From Clostridia bacterium (GTDB taxonomy: Bacteria; Bacillota; Clostridia; TANB77; CAG-465), in NCBI GenBank assembly GCA_045536565.1, contig JAZSNU010000013.1:64155-128154 (forward strand): a DNA stretch of 64,000 bases. Direction: 5' to 3'. How positions within the stretch are numbered: the stretch's first letter is position 1; each line of letters begins with the position of its first letter. Positions 20,752 to 31,868 of this stretch are shown here, in pieces. The notes beneath the pieces are model-generated. The model was not told the origin of the DNA, did not search any database, and saw nothing but the letters and a program-made list of their open reading frames with translations. The position numbers and the translations under genes are program-made.

Positions 20752-21462
20752 CTAAGTAATATCAAATTTATTTTGTATATTAATATAACTGTTATTTATA
20801 TAATTTGTTTCATTATTACTAATATTTTGTTTGTTTTTATATTTCTTTTTCTTTCTAAATGTATGAACTATGTTTAATATAGTTTTAAATACATCTCTGT
20901 TATTAATTAAAGGAAAAGATAATACAGTATAAAGTTTTAAATAATATTTATAATCTGAAATAGAAACTTGATAATACAGTTTATTAAGATTAAATCTATC
21001 TTGGTTTGCATTTATATACATGCATATTGTAGAGTTTATACTTGCATTTATATATGCATTTTTTACATAATCTTCTGTATTAAAACCACCTATTAATATT
21101 AACTTATTAAACTTTACTCCTTTTACCCATTTAAATATCTTACTTATTAACTCGTTTAATTTTAACTCTTCTTTTGAAACAGATACTTTTAAAACATCTA
21201 ATATTTCTGTTACAGTCAAATTATCATTATTTCCTTTTTTAATATTTTTCTTTTTTTTATCATTGTTGTTATACTTATATACTGGTATAAACCCCAGTAT
21301 TTTTATAACTACTGTGATATCATTATTCTTCTTTGTGTTATCCACATAATAAACATTATCACCATTAAGTCTAGTATCTATTACTACTCTTATAGGGATT
21401 AAAAAAGCAGTTACAATAACTACTGCTAATATAATTAAAAACCAAATCATATTATTCACCAA
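20752..21462 (-). CDS. DUF2953 (YtfI-like) protein
   Basis: N-terminal TM, IKILGFIP; usual position between scpA and ytfJ. Confidence 0.6.
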   Translation of the reverse strand: MVNNMIWFLIILAVVIVTAFLIPIRVVIDTRLNGDNVYYVDNTKKNNDITVVIKILGFIPVYKYNNNDKKKKNIKKGNNDNLTVTEILDVLKVSVSKEELKLNELISKIFKWVKGVKFNKLILIGGFNTEDYVKNAYINASINSTICMYINANQDRFNLNKLYYQVSISDYKYYLKLYTVLSFPLINNRDVFKTILNIVHTFRKKKKYKNKQNISNNETNYINNSYINIQNKFDIT

Positions 21463-21499
21463 TAGTATTGTTTACTGCTTTTTATATTTTATACAAATA

Positions 21500-22318
21500 T
21501 TATTCTTCAATTAAAGATAAGTCGATTGATTTCATATCTTTTTTCTTAACAACTATATCTCCAAACATTGTTTTTTGCTCTAAGTCTACATGTTTAAGTC
21601 TAGACAGTTCTAAAACACTTAAAAATGCTGTGACTATATCTATCTTTTTATCTTTTTTAGGATCATATACTTTTGTAAATACAAAACTTGTTTTTTTCTT
21701 AAACAAATCTATTATCTGTTTTACCTTACTTCTTATAGTAACCTTTTCATATGTTACAATATTATCAACATCTTTCGCCTTCTTATTAATCTTTTCTTCG
21801 TTTCTACTTATTATGTTTTGATATATGTTATAGAAATCATCAAGAGACACCCTAAAACCTTCTTTGTCAAACTCTCTTTTTACTTTTATAGTTTCTGCTT
21901 GTTTCTCAAAAGAGCCAAAATTTTGTGCATACATCTCTTTGAAGTCACCGATTTTTTCTTTATACTGCTTATATTCTATTATTCTATTTATAAGTTCCTC
22001 TTCTGTTAAAACTTCATCTTCTTCATCATCTTCTGGCTCTATTACAGGAAGTAATTTTTTAGATTTAATATATAACAAATTAGATGCCATAACTAGAAAT
22101 TCAGTAGCTATATCTAAATTCATATCTTGCATATGATTTAAATACTCAATATATTCATCTGTAATTTTACTTAAAGATATATCAAAGATACTCATTTTAT
22201 TTTTCGAAATAAGGAAACATAGTAAATCAAGCGGTCCTTCAAAATTATCAATGGTAATTTTAAAAGTTTCTTCTTTTTTATCTAGTAAATCATTCATGTC
22301 ACATAACCTCCGTAGCAA
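21500..22318 (-). CDS. scpA: Segregation and condensation protein A
   Basis: FEGPLDLL..ITDEY..EFLVMASNLLYIKSKKLLP..VTAFLSVLEL. Confidence 0.95.
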   Translation of the reverse strand: MLRRLCDMNDLLDKKEETFKITIDNFEGPLDLLCFLISKNKMSIFDISLSKITDEYIEYLNHMQDMNLDIATEFLVMASNLLYIKSKKLLPVIEPEDDEEDEVLTEEELINRIIEYKQYKEKIGDFKEMYAQNFGSFEKQAETIKVKREFDKEGFRVSLDDFYNIYQNIISRNEEKINKKAKDVDNIVTYEKVTIRSKVKQIIDLFKKKTSFVFTKVYDPKKDKKIDIVTAFLSVLELSRLKHVDLEQKTMFGDIVVKKKDMKSIDLSLIEE

Positions 22319-23159
22319 TTTCTAAAACTTTCCTCATATTTGCTGACGCTTTACTTGCATTTTCTACTACACTATTATGAGTATCAATTTCATTTCCCTT
22401 TGATACATTTGTTATACAAGAAAATGCTAGCACTTTCATATTTGAGTGAGCAGCCACAATTATTTCAGGAACAGTTGACATTGCTCTTGCATCAATTCCT
22501 AATATTCTCATAGCTTTAACTTCCGCATCAGTTTCATATGATGGTCCTGTAAAATATGCAAATACACCTTTATGAATAGCAATATTATTTTCAACCGACT
22601 TATTATATACTGTATCTATTAAATTAGAATCATATATTCCATTTATTGCTGGAAATCTAACTCCGAATTCTTCTAAATTTTCTCCTATAAGAGGATTAAT
22701 TCCAGTAAAATTAACATGATCTTTCAAAATCATTATATCTCCAACATCGTATTCTAAATTAGAAGCACCTGCTGAATTAGTAACAATCATTTTTTTTATC
22801 CCTAGGACACTAAATATTCTTTGTGGCATAGTAATTTCTCTTACATGATATCCTTCATAATAATGAAATCTACCATCCATAACTACTACATCTTTATTAT
22901 TAAATGTTCCGAAAACAAATCTTGATTTATGACCTTTTACAGTAGAAACAGGCATAAAAGGCATATCATTATATGGTATTTCAAAATCAATATTCATATC
23001 ATCTATTACACTAGAAAGGCCAGAACCAAGAACTATTGCTATTTCGTATATGTCTGTTTCAATATTATTTTCTTTGGCAATCTTTTTTATATACATCGCA
23101 TTTTGATTTATCATATTCATATACATATCATTATTCATTAATTCTTTTACATTTATCAT
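22299..23159 (-). CDS. punA: Purine-nucleoside phosphorylase (family 2)
   Basis: IVLGSGL, GRFHYYEG, TNSAG, GPSYET, MSTVPE. Confidence 0.93.
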   Translation of the reverse strand: MINVKELMNNDMYMNMINQNAMYIKKIAKENNIETDIYEIAIVLGSGLSSVIDDMNIDFEIPYNDMPFMPVSTVKGHKSRFVFGTFNNKDVVVMDGRFHYYEGYHVREITMPQRIFSVLGIKKMIVTNSAGASNLEYDVGDIMILKDHVNFTGINPLIGENLEEFGVRFPAINGIYDSNLIDTVYNKSVENNIAIHKGVFAYFTGPSYETDAEVKAMRILGIDARAMSTVPEIIVAAHSNMKVLAFSCITNVSKGNEIDTHNSVVENASKASANMRKVLEIATEVM

Positions 23160-23578
23160 ATATCTTCTCCTAGATTATTTAAACCAAAACCTCTTCTATA
23201 TAGATATTCTTTTTTTTTAATATCCTCATAGTCTTTTAATTTTCCATTTACAAGTTTATCTATTACATCATATTCGTATGACTGAGGTAAGTTATTTTCA
23301 AATTCTAAATCAATTATACTAGTTTTTACACCTTTTTGCAATAGTTTTTGTTTTAGCTCATATTTACTATACTTTAACATCTTAACATTTTGTCTAATAT
23401 ATGATCTAACATAATCTACATCATCAAGATAATCTAATTCATTTAAATACTCTATTACCTTAGATATTGTTAAAGAGTCTACTCCTAGACTCTTTAACTT
23501 TTTATTAACTTCAAATTCTGTTTTTTTTGATATACCTATATATTTAATTGCTTTTTCCTTAGCAACAATATACTCCAT
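23156..23578 (-). CDS. recX: Regulatory protein RecX
   Basis: Downstream of recA; TEFEV..KL..YLDDVDY..LLQKGV..YLYRRGF. Confidence 0.85.
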   Translation of the reverse strand: MEYIVAKEKAIKYIGISKKTEFEVNKKLKSLGVDSLTISKVIEYLNELDYLDDVDYVRSYIRQNVKMLKYSKYELKQKLLQKGVKTSIIDLEFENNLPQSYEYDVIDKLVNGKLKDYEDIKKKEYLYRRGFGLNNLGEDI

Positions 23579-23588
23579 AGCATTTCTC

Positions 23589-24644
23589 CTATTCTTCAAT
23601 ATCTTCTAGTGAATCATCATCTTGTTCTTCCATTTCACCTAAGCTTTTTTCAAAAGCAAGATTGAAATTATCTCTAACCTTCTTTTCAATTTCCTTCATA
23701 ACTTCTGGATTATTTTTCAAATAAGTTTTAGCCGCTTCTCTACCTTGACTAATTTTTTCTCCATTATATGAGAACCAAGCACCCGCTTTATTTACTATAT
23801 CAAGATTTACTGCTAAATCAAGTACGCATCCTTCTGATGAAATACCTTCGCCGTATACTATATCAAATTCTGCTTCTCTAAATGGTGGTGCAACTTTGTT
23901 TTTAACAACTTTAACTTTTGTTCTTGTACCCATAACTTCGCCATTTATTTTTATAGCTTCTTGTTTTCTAACATCTAATCTAACTGATGAATAGAATTTT
24001 AAAGCTCTTCCTCCTGGTGTTGTTTCAGGATTTCCAAACATTATTCCAACTTTTTCTCTCAATTGGTTAATAAATACAGCAACTGTTTTTGATTTAGAAA
24101 GTACACCAGTTAATTTTCTTAAAGCCTGTGACATCAATCTTGCTTGAAGGCCAACATGTGAATCTCCCATTTCACCATCGATTTCTGCTTTTGGAACAAG
24201 TGCTGCAACTGAGTCTACAACAATTATATCAATAGCGCCACTTCTTACAAGTTGTTCTGTTATTTCAAGCGCTTGCTCACCTGTATCTGGTTGAGAAACT
24301 ATTAAATTATCTACATCTACACCTAATTTTTTAGCGTATACCGGGTCTAATGCATGCTCGGCATCAATAAAAGCGGCTACCCCACCTAGTTTTTGTGCTT
24401 CTGCAATCATATGTAATGATACTGTTGTTTTTCCTGACGACTCTGGTCCGAATACTTCAATTACTCTTCCTCTTGGAACTCCACCAATACCTAATGCTAT
24501 ATCCAAACTTAATGCACCAGTAGGAATAGAATCTACATTTACACTTCCTACCTCTCCTAATTTCATTATTGCACCTTTCCCGAAATTCTTTTGAATTTGT
24601 GACATTGCCACATCTAGTGCTTTTTTCTTTTCTTCTGATATCAT
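23589..24644 (-). CDS. recA: Recombinase RecA
   Basis: [33 protein letters not shown]. Confidence 0.99.
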   Translation of the reverse strand: MISEEKKKALDVAMSQIQKNFGKGAIMKLGEVGSVNVDSIPTGALSLDIALGIGGVPRGRVIEVFGPESSGKTTVSLHMIAEAQKLGGVAAFIDAEHALDPVYAKKLGVDVDNLIVSQPDTGEQALEITEQLVRSGAIDIIVVDSVAALVPKAEIDGEMGDSHVGLQARLMSQALRKLTGVLSKSKTVAVFINQLREKVGIMFGNPETTPGGRALKFYSSVRLDVRKQEAIKINGEVMGTRTKVKVVKNKVAPPFREAEFDIVYGEGISSEGCVLDLAVNLDIVNKAGAWFSYNGEKISQGREAAKTYLKNNPEVMKEIEKKVRDNFNLAFEKSLGEMEEQDDDSLEDIEE

Positions 24645-24691
24645 ATATATTCTCCTCCCGTTTCGTTCTTTAAGAACATCTCTTTGAATAT

Positions 24692-24720
24692 ATTATATAT
24701 ATTGAACAGATGTATGTCAA
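24692..24720 (-). promoter_or_regulatory. recA sigma-A promoter with degenerate SOS box
   Basis: TTGACA-17-TATAAT; ATAC-ATCT-GTTC in the spacer. Confidence 0.75.
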
Positions 24721-25021
24721 CACTTTTTTATAATTTTTTTAAATTATACCCAAATTATATATTCTGATATTAAAAAAGTCAATTAAAATCGTATTACAAA
24801 AAAACACACAAAAATTTAAAGCTACATATATCTACATAAAAATTGTAGTAATCATCATAGAATTGTCGAATTTTGTAACACGATTTGTTATTTTTCTACC
24901 CTAAAAGTTTTTACAATAACACACTCCGCTTTTATAATGTATTTATTCTATTTATATATTTTCGAGTGGAGGTGAAATTAATAGATATATAAATAGGTAT
25001 GAAGAAAGGAAGAGAGTTTAT

Positions 25022-25958
25022 ATGAAAAATAATGAAATAATTATATTTGAAAATCAGAATGTTAAATTAGAGGTTAATATGAAGGATGAAACAGTATGGC
25101 TTACCCAAGCACAAATGGCTAGTCTTTTTGGAAAGTCAAAATCAACAATAAACGAGCATATAAAGAACATTTACAGAGAAAATGAACTCGCAGAAAATGA
25201 TACCATGTCTAAATTCGGAAATTCCGAATTTTCTGATAAACCTACTAATTATTATAATTTGGATGTTGTCATATCAGTTGGCTATCGTGTTAAATCACAA
25301 AATGGTATTATATTCAGACGTTGGGCAAACAAAATTCTAAAAGATTATCTATTAAAAGGGTATGCAATTAACCAAAAAAAGATTAGACTATTTAGAAAAA
25401 ACTGTACAACTTATTGATATTGCAAATAGAATAGATGATAGATTAGAAGGAAATGATGCAAAAGAAATACTAAAAGTAATTGCTTCATATTCAAAAGCAC
25501 TTGATTTATTAGATGATTATGATCACAAAACTCTAAAAAGACCTAAGAGCAATATTAATTCCAAACTAATAAATTATGAGGATTGCGTAAATATAATTAA
25601 CACATTAAAGTTTAGTGCAACTGGTAATTTGTTTGGTGTAGAAAGAGACAAAGGATTAGAATCAATAATTAATAATATATATCAAACTTTCGGTGGCAAA
25701 GATATCTATCCGAGTATTGAAGAAAAATCAGCTAACTTTTTATATCTTATAGTTAAAAACCATGTTTTTGTTGATGGTAATAAAAGAATTGCAGCAACTT
25801 TGTTTATTTATTTTTTAAATTTCTATAATATTTTATACAAACAAAATAGACAAGTAATTGATAATAATACTTTGACTGCTTTAACATTGCTTATTGCAGA
25901 ATCTAACCCAAAAGAAAAGAATATAATAATTGACTTAGTAACGAACTTTTTATCATAA
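25022..25958 (+). pseudogene. RhuM-Fic/Doc fusion, frameshifted at A7 run (25374-25380)
   Basis: 5' ORF has RhuM motifs (ETVWLTQ, YNLDVVISVGYRV, FRRWA); 3' ORF in +1 frame has Fic motif HVFVDGNKR. Confidence 0.85.
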
Positions 25959-25984
25959 CATCTTAATTTAATAATTAACTCTTT

Positions 25985-26029
25985 CCATGTGAGGCTGGGC
26001 GTTAATATAAACAGTGCTGCGGGAAATAG
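25985..26029 (+). repeat. Orphan SEC-C-encoding repeat, copy 1 (putative att core)
   Basis: Reads P C E A G R * Y K Q C C G K *, in exact register with PCGSGKKYKQCCGK*. Confidence 0.75.
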
Positions 26030-26086
26030 CAATATTTATAAAGGTTTGAGAGATTTTGATAAACTTCGAAAAATATTAAAAAAGCC

Positions 26087-26110
26087 ATTTAGATAAGTTT
26101 TAGATAAGTT
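26087..26110 (+). repeat. Tandem TTAGATAAG arm-like repeat (left of HD gene)
   Basis: ATTTAGATAAGTTTTAGATAAGTT; direct copy at 26863-26884. Confidence 0.8.
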
Positions 26111-26193
26111 TTTTGGAGCAAAGTATATGAATTTTGCTCCTTTTATTATATAATAATGAAGAAACAAATAGTAAGTTGTAGGGAGAATAGAAT

Positions 26194-26832
26194 ATGCAAA
26201 ATTTAATTAATAAAACGATTGAATATGTAAAAAAGTTTTTTGAAAAGGATTATAGTGGACATGATTTTTATCATACATTAAGAGTATATAATCTGGCTAA
26301 AAGTATTGCCGAATCTGAAAAATGTGATATAGAACTAGTTTGTCTAGGAGCCTTATTACATGACGTGGATGATTACAAATTAATAGGAGAAGAAAAGGAA
26401 CCATTTAATAATCTGAAAAACTTTTTAAAAAACCAGAATTATTCTAATGAAAGAATAGAACAAATATGTCACATTGTTTCTCAAGTCTCATTTAAAGGGA
26501 AAAATATTATACCAGATACGATAGAAGGAAAAATTGTACAAGATGCAGATAGATTAGACGCAATAGGAGCAATTGGTATTGCTAGAACATTTTCATATGG
26601 TGGAAGTTGTAACAGACCTATGCATATTCCTAATGAAAATTATAAAGAAAATATGTCTTCTAAAGAATATTATAAAAATCTTGGTACAAGTATAAATCAT
26701 TTTTATGAAAAATTATTAAAATTAAAAGATTTTATGAATACAGAAACAGCTAAAAATATGGCAATTCATAGGCATGAATACATGCAAGAGTTCTTGCAGG
26801 AATTTTATGATGAATGGGAAGGAAAAATTTAA
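26194..26832 (+). CDS. HD-domain phosphohydrolase (YedJ-like)
   Basis: GHDFYHTLRV, ALLHDVDD, VQDADRLDAIGAIGIARTF, HFYEKLLKL. Confidence 0.92.
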   Translation: MQNLINKTIEYVKKFFEKDYSGHDFYHTLRVYNLAKSIAESEKCDIELVCLGALLHDVDDYKLIGEEKEPFNNLKNFLKNQNYSNERIEQICHIVSQVSFKGKNIIPDTIEGKIVQDADRLDAIGAIGIARTFSYGGSCNRPMHIPNENYKENMSSKEYYKNLGTSINHFYEKLLKLKDFMNTETAKNMAIHRHEYMQEFLQEFYDEWEGKI

Positions 26833-26862
26833 AACAGCGACAAATTACAATTTATAGGTTAT

Positions 26863-26884
26863 ATTTAGATAAGTTTTTAGATAA
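26863..26884 (+). repeat. Tandem TTAGATAA arm-like repeat (right of HD gene)
   Basis: ATTTAGATAAGTTTTTAGATAA. Confidence 0.8.
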
Positions 26885-26967
26885 TTGATTAATACAAAAA
26901 AATAAAAAAGTGAATATTATTACCATAAATATGAAAATTGTTGCTAAAAAAGTGAAAAAACTTCCAA

Positions 26968-27009
26968 TGTGGTTCGGGAAAAAAATATAAGCAATGCTGT
27001 GGAAAGTAA
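26968..27009 (+). repeat. Orphan SEC-C-encoding repeat, copy 2 (intact SecA-like 3' end)
   Basis: TGT GGT TCG GGA AAA AAA TAT AAG CAA TGC TGT GGA AAG TAA = CGSGKKYKQCCGK*; no upstream gene in frame. Confidence 0.9.
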
Positions 27010-27060
27010 AATAAAGCCCATAAAATAAGGGCTTTTCTAATACAAAAATTTAGAAGATAT

Positions 27061-27112
27061 AAATTAAATACGATTTTGGATACGTTCTACATGTATCTAA
27101 TTTGTATCTAAA
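27061..27112. repeat. TAGATAC-type arm-like repeats (left of peptidase E gene)
   Basis: 27061-27088 matches 28047-28074 at 22/28 in direct orientation; 27091-27112 is an inverted TTAGATACAAATTAGATACA pair. Confidence 0.7.
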
Positions 27113-27222
27113 ATGAAAATAATGTACTAAAAACACTGAAAAATAAAGCATTTTTGAGAAAAGTGACCAATGTCCCGTGCGTAGTAGGCATTTTGTGATA
27201 TAATTGATAAGAAGGTGATAAT

Positions 27223-28032
27223 ATGTCAAGAAAAATAGTAGCAATAGGTGGAGGAAAAAATGGAAGATTATGTTCTGATGGAACATATGATCCTTATGAA
27301 ACAGGTCCAATGGACCAAGAAATTATAAGATTAACAGGTAAAGAACAACCACATTTTCTATTTATCGGACATTCCGTTCCATTAGAAGGACAAGAGTTTT
27401 ATTTCAATACTATGAGAAATATTTATGAGAAAATGTATGGCTGTGAATGTAGAGATATTAAAAGTAGTGAATTAAATGATTTAGACGAAGTACAAAAGAA
27501 AGTTGACTGGGCAGATATCATATATGAGGGTGGAGGCAATACGCTGGATATGATAAAATTGTGGAAAGAAACAGGTTTTGACAAAATTTTAAGAACTGCT
27601 TGGGAAAACGGTAAAGTAATGTGCGGGGTATCCGCAGGAGCAAATTGTTGGTTTAAAGAATGCTCAAGTGATTCTTTACAAATTAAATATGGACCAGACC
27701 AACCATTAATTGCTATGGATTGTTTAGGTTTTATAGATGGATTATTTGTTCCTCATTGTGATGCTCCAGGAAGATATGAATCAGTTAAAGAATTATTAAA
27801 GACAAGAGATACATTTAGTTTATCGATGTCAAACTGTACTGCATTAGAAATTATTGATGATGAATATAGATTGATAACAAGTGATTCTTCAGATTATGGA
27901 ATCGAGGCATATGGATTAAAAACATATTGGAATGATGGGGAATATATTGAAGAGCGAATAGAAGTTACAAAAGAATTTAGAAGTTTACCAGATTTATTGT
28001 CAAAATCTGCAATTAAAAAAGTCTCAAAATAA
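27223..28032 (+). CDS. Peptidase E (S51, class I glutamine amidotransferase-like)
   Basis: IVAIGGG, ADIIYEGGGNT, GVSAGA nucleophile elbow, VPH. Confidence 0.9.
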   Translation: MSRKIVAIGGGKNGRLCSDGTYDPYETGPMDQEIIRLTGKEQPHFLFIGHSVPLEGQEFYFNTMRNIYEKMYGCECRDIKSSELNDLDEVQKKVDWADIIYEGGGNTLDMIKLWKETGFDKILRTAWENGKVMCGVSAGANCWFKECSSDSLQIKYGPDQPLIAMDCLGFIDGLFVPHCDAPGRYESVKELLKTRDTFSLSMSNCTALEIIDDEYRLITSDSSDYGIEAYGLKTYWNDGEYIEERIEVTKEFRSLPDLLSKSAIKKVSK

Positions 28033-28046
28033 AGTTTTTCACCTAT

Positions 28047-28074
28047 AAATTAGATACAAATTTAAATACATTCT
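28047..28074 (+). repeat. TAGATAC-type arm-like repeat (right of peptidase E gene)
   Basis: AAATTAGATACAAATTTAAATACATTCT. Confidence 0.7.
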
Positions 28075-28173
28075 GCTAGCAAAACAAAGTGTATTGTAGT
28101 GAAAATCAGTGCAAAAATGTGCGATTATAAGCATAAAAATGCAGTAAAGTGTAGTAGAATGAGGCAAACTGCA

Positions 28174-28212
28174 AGTCCATGTGGCAGTGCTAAAAAATAT
28201 AAATTATGTTTT
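28174..28212 (+). repeat. Orphan SEC-C-encoding repeat, copy 3
   Basis: Reads SPCGSAKKYKLCF. Confidence 0.75.
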
Positions 28213-28220
28213 AATAATAC

Positions 28221-28255
28221 AAAAAATTTCACCTATATAACGGGTGAAATTTTTT
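28221..28255. terminator. Bidirectional terminator after bofA
   Basis: AAAAAATTTCACC/GGTGAAATTTTTT hairpin. Confidence 0.7.
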
Positions 28256-28259
28256 TACA

Positions 28260-28511
28260 TTATAATATAAATTGTAATATTGCAAGTATTACTACACCTG
28301 GTATTCCAAGAAGTCCAACAACGAGTGCTGATACCCAGTTTATCGGAATATTAAAGTCAAAATAGCCACCTATGTAATTTACTATAAATAGTAACACTGC
28401 ACCTATACCTATGTTTATTAATATTTTAATTATTTTTTTGATTGGCCAAGCAAGTATTTTTAATATTATAAACACTGCAACTACTGCACCTATAAAAACT
28501 AAATATTGCAT
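28260..28511 (-). CDS. bofA: Pro-sigmaK processing inhibitor BofA
   Basis: IGAVLLFIVN..IPINWVSALVVGLLGIPG. Confidence 0.9.
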   Translation of the reverse strand: MQYLVFIGAVVAVFIILKILAWPIKKIIKILINIGIGAVLLFIVNYIGGYFDFNIPINWVSALVVGLLGIPGVVILAILQFIL

Positions 28512-28658
28512 ATTCTACCTCCTAATTTTTACTAATAAATTACTGTATATATATACATTATATACTTGTCTTTATATTTTATTCCTTTTGTATCATTTTT
28601 TATTATATCACATATAATGTAATGTACAATATCTTAATACACAATTTTAATTAAAGGA

Positions 28659-28997
28659 GTGATCATTATGAGAAGAGATTTTACTCTTGAAAATGGTATC
28701 TACTGTAAAGGATTAAAAAATGACTTTAAACTATATTTTGATACACTTGAACTAACTCCAAGTTGCACAAAAATAACATATATACCTAATACTTTATTAG
28801 TATATAAATCCGGAAAGAAAGTATATATATGCGAACCTAAGATTTCATATGCAAGTGGAGAACCAAAATTAAAGGAAATAATGAAGTTTGAAGGAATAAT
28901 GACAAATGGTTATGCACTAATCTATTTGCACGGAAAAACATATATTGTAGACTATAATCTTCAAATATGCAGATGTAATCCCAAAAAGTCATTTTAA
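28659..28997 (+). CDS. Hypothetical protein
   Basis: AAGGAG RBS (probable ATG at 28668); no motif recognised. Confidence 0.6.
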   Translation: MIIMRRDFTLENGIYCKGLKNDFKLYFDTLELTPSCTKITYIPNTLLVYKSGKKVYICEPKISYASGEPKLKEIMKFEGIMTNGYALIYLHGKTYIVDYNLQICRCNPKKSF

Positions 28998-29036
28998 TCC
29001 AAAGAAAAATCACATGATAACTCATGTGATTTTTTC

Positions 29037-30317
<1,281 letters not shown>

Positions 30318-30324
30318 CTAACTT

Positions 30325-31365
30325 TTATTTTTCATTAAAATAGTCTGTTCTCATTGAATATCTCACTTTTTCCATAGTTTCTTTTGTTATTTTTCTTGCT
30401 TTTTCAGTACCTTTTCTTAATATTTCTTTTACAATTTCAGGATGCTCTTCGTAATATTTTCTTCTTTCTTTTATAGGTTTTAAGTATTTTATTATATTGT
30501 CTGCTAGTTCTTTTTTACAAGCAACACATCCTCTTTCACCTTTTCTACATTCAGAACATATTGTTTCTAAATTGTCCTCACTGAATAATTTGTGATAATA
30601 TCCTATCATGCATACATCTGGATTAGCAGGATCGTCTTTACGGATTTTAGAAGTATCTGTTATTGCTCCTCTAACCTTTTCTCTAATTGTATCCTCATCA
30701 TCTGCTAAATATATTGCATTACCCAAACTTTTACCCATTTTTGTTCCGCCATCTAATCCTTTAATTCTTTTGTGCTCACTTAGTAGATATTCTGGCTCCT
30801 TCATAGTTTCGCCATATAGCGAATTAAATTTTCTTACTATTTCCTTAGTTTGTTCAATTAATGGAAGTTGATCTTCACCAACCGGTACTAAATCTGCATT
30901 AAATGCAGTTATATCTGCTGCCTGACTTACTGGATATCCTAAAAAACCATAAGTTACAGATTCACCACTATTTCCAAACAATTCTTTTTTCTGAGCTATT
31001 TCTGTCTTTATTGTAGGATTTCTTTGAAGTCTAGAAACAGTAACAAGATTTGAATAGAAAACTGTAAGTTCTGCTATCTCTGGTACCATTGATTGAACAA
31101 CAAATGTACATTTTTCTGGATCAAGTCCAGCTGCTAAATTATCCATAGTTGTTTCTAATATATTTTCTCTTATCTTTTCTGGATTATTAAAATTATCTGT
31201 TAAAGCTTGCACATCTGCAACTAATATATATGTTTCATATTCATCTTGTAATTTTACTCTATTTTGAAGCGACCCAAAGTAATGACCAATATGTAATTTC
31301 CCTGTTGGTCTGTCACCTGTTAAAATTCTCTTTTTATTTTTTTCTAATTCTTTCATTTTATTCAT
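30325..31365 (-). CDS. trpS: Tryptophan--tRNA ligase
   Basis: TGDRPTGKLHIGH, VPVGEDQ, KMGKS. Confidence 0.97.
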   Translation of the reverse strand: MNKMKELEKNKKRILTGDRPTGKLHIGHYFGSLQNRVKLQDEYETYILVADVQALTDNFNNPEKIRENILETTMDNLAAGLDPEKCTFVVQSMVPEIAELTVFYSNLVTVSRLQRNPTIKTEIAQKKELFGNSGESVTYGFLGYPVSQAADITAFNADLVPVGEDQLPLIEQTKEIVRKFNSLYGETMKEPEYLLSEHKRIKGLDGGTKMGKSLGNAIYLADDEDTIREKVRGAITDTSKIRKDDPANPDVCMIGYYHKLFSEDNLETICSECRKGERGCVACKKELADNIIKYLKPIKERRKYYEEHPEIVKEILRKGTEKARKITKETMEKVRYSMRTDYFNEK

Positions 31366-31659
31366 CTCCTATTTAATATATATTTATTCTAAATTTATAT
31401 ATTTAATTTTGCCAACATAAAACTATATCATAGAAGATTTTTAATCTACTTATTTCTTGTATTGTCATACTATCTCTCCATTATATATACTATATTAAAA
31501 TTATACCTTTTTTTACATAAATATTCAATAGTTAATTTTAAAAGATACTACAAAATATTGTATTTTATCCTATTCCATGTTATACTAATCAAAATTTATA
31601 TTTTACTTTTTGATATTATATATATCATATCATTTAATTAAATGAAAGGGCGTGTTTTT

Positions 31660-31848
31660 ATGAATTGGTTAGTTGGTCTAGGAGTAGCACTATATGCTTT
31701 ATCTGGTTATCTTTGTTTCATTTCTATGTGGGATAAAGGAATAACACAAAAAACAAGCGACACTTTGGCTAATGTTGCTTTCACACTATATATAACAGCA
31801 TCTGTGCTAATAGCAATAAATTGTATTTTCTTTTATTGGCTTGATTAA
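31660..31848 (+). CDS. Small 2-TM membrane protein
   Basis: GAAAGGG RBS; hydrophobic 62 aa. Confidence 0.6.
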   Translation: MNWLVGLGVALYALSGYLCFISMWDKGITQKTSDTLANVAFTLYITASVLIAINCIFFYWLD

Positions 31849-31868
31849 GTTTTGAAAGGGTGAGCTAA

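Noticed and set aside
22470-22500. PNP motif ARAMST instead of AVGMST
   Set aside because: Other catalytic motifs are intact; one local deviation is too little to claim altered function.
25373-25381. A_AAA_AAG as a programmed -1 frameshift site in rhuM-fic
   Set aside because: The downstream ORF is in the +1 frame, so a -1 shift would not join them.
28099-28365. 88-aa ORF as a real SEC-C protein
   Set aside because: No RBS, the motif lacks two cysteines, and it crosses a terminator and overlaps bofA antisense; better read as a repeat relic.
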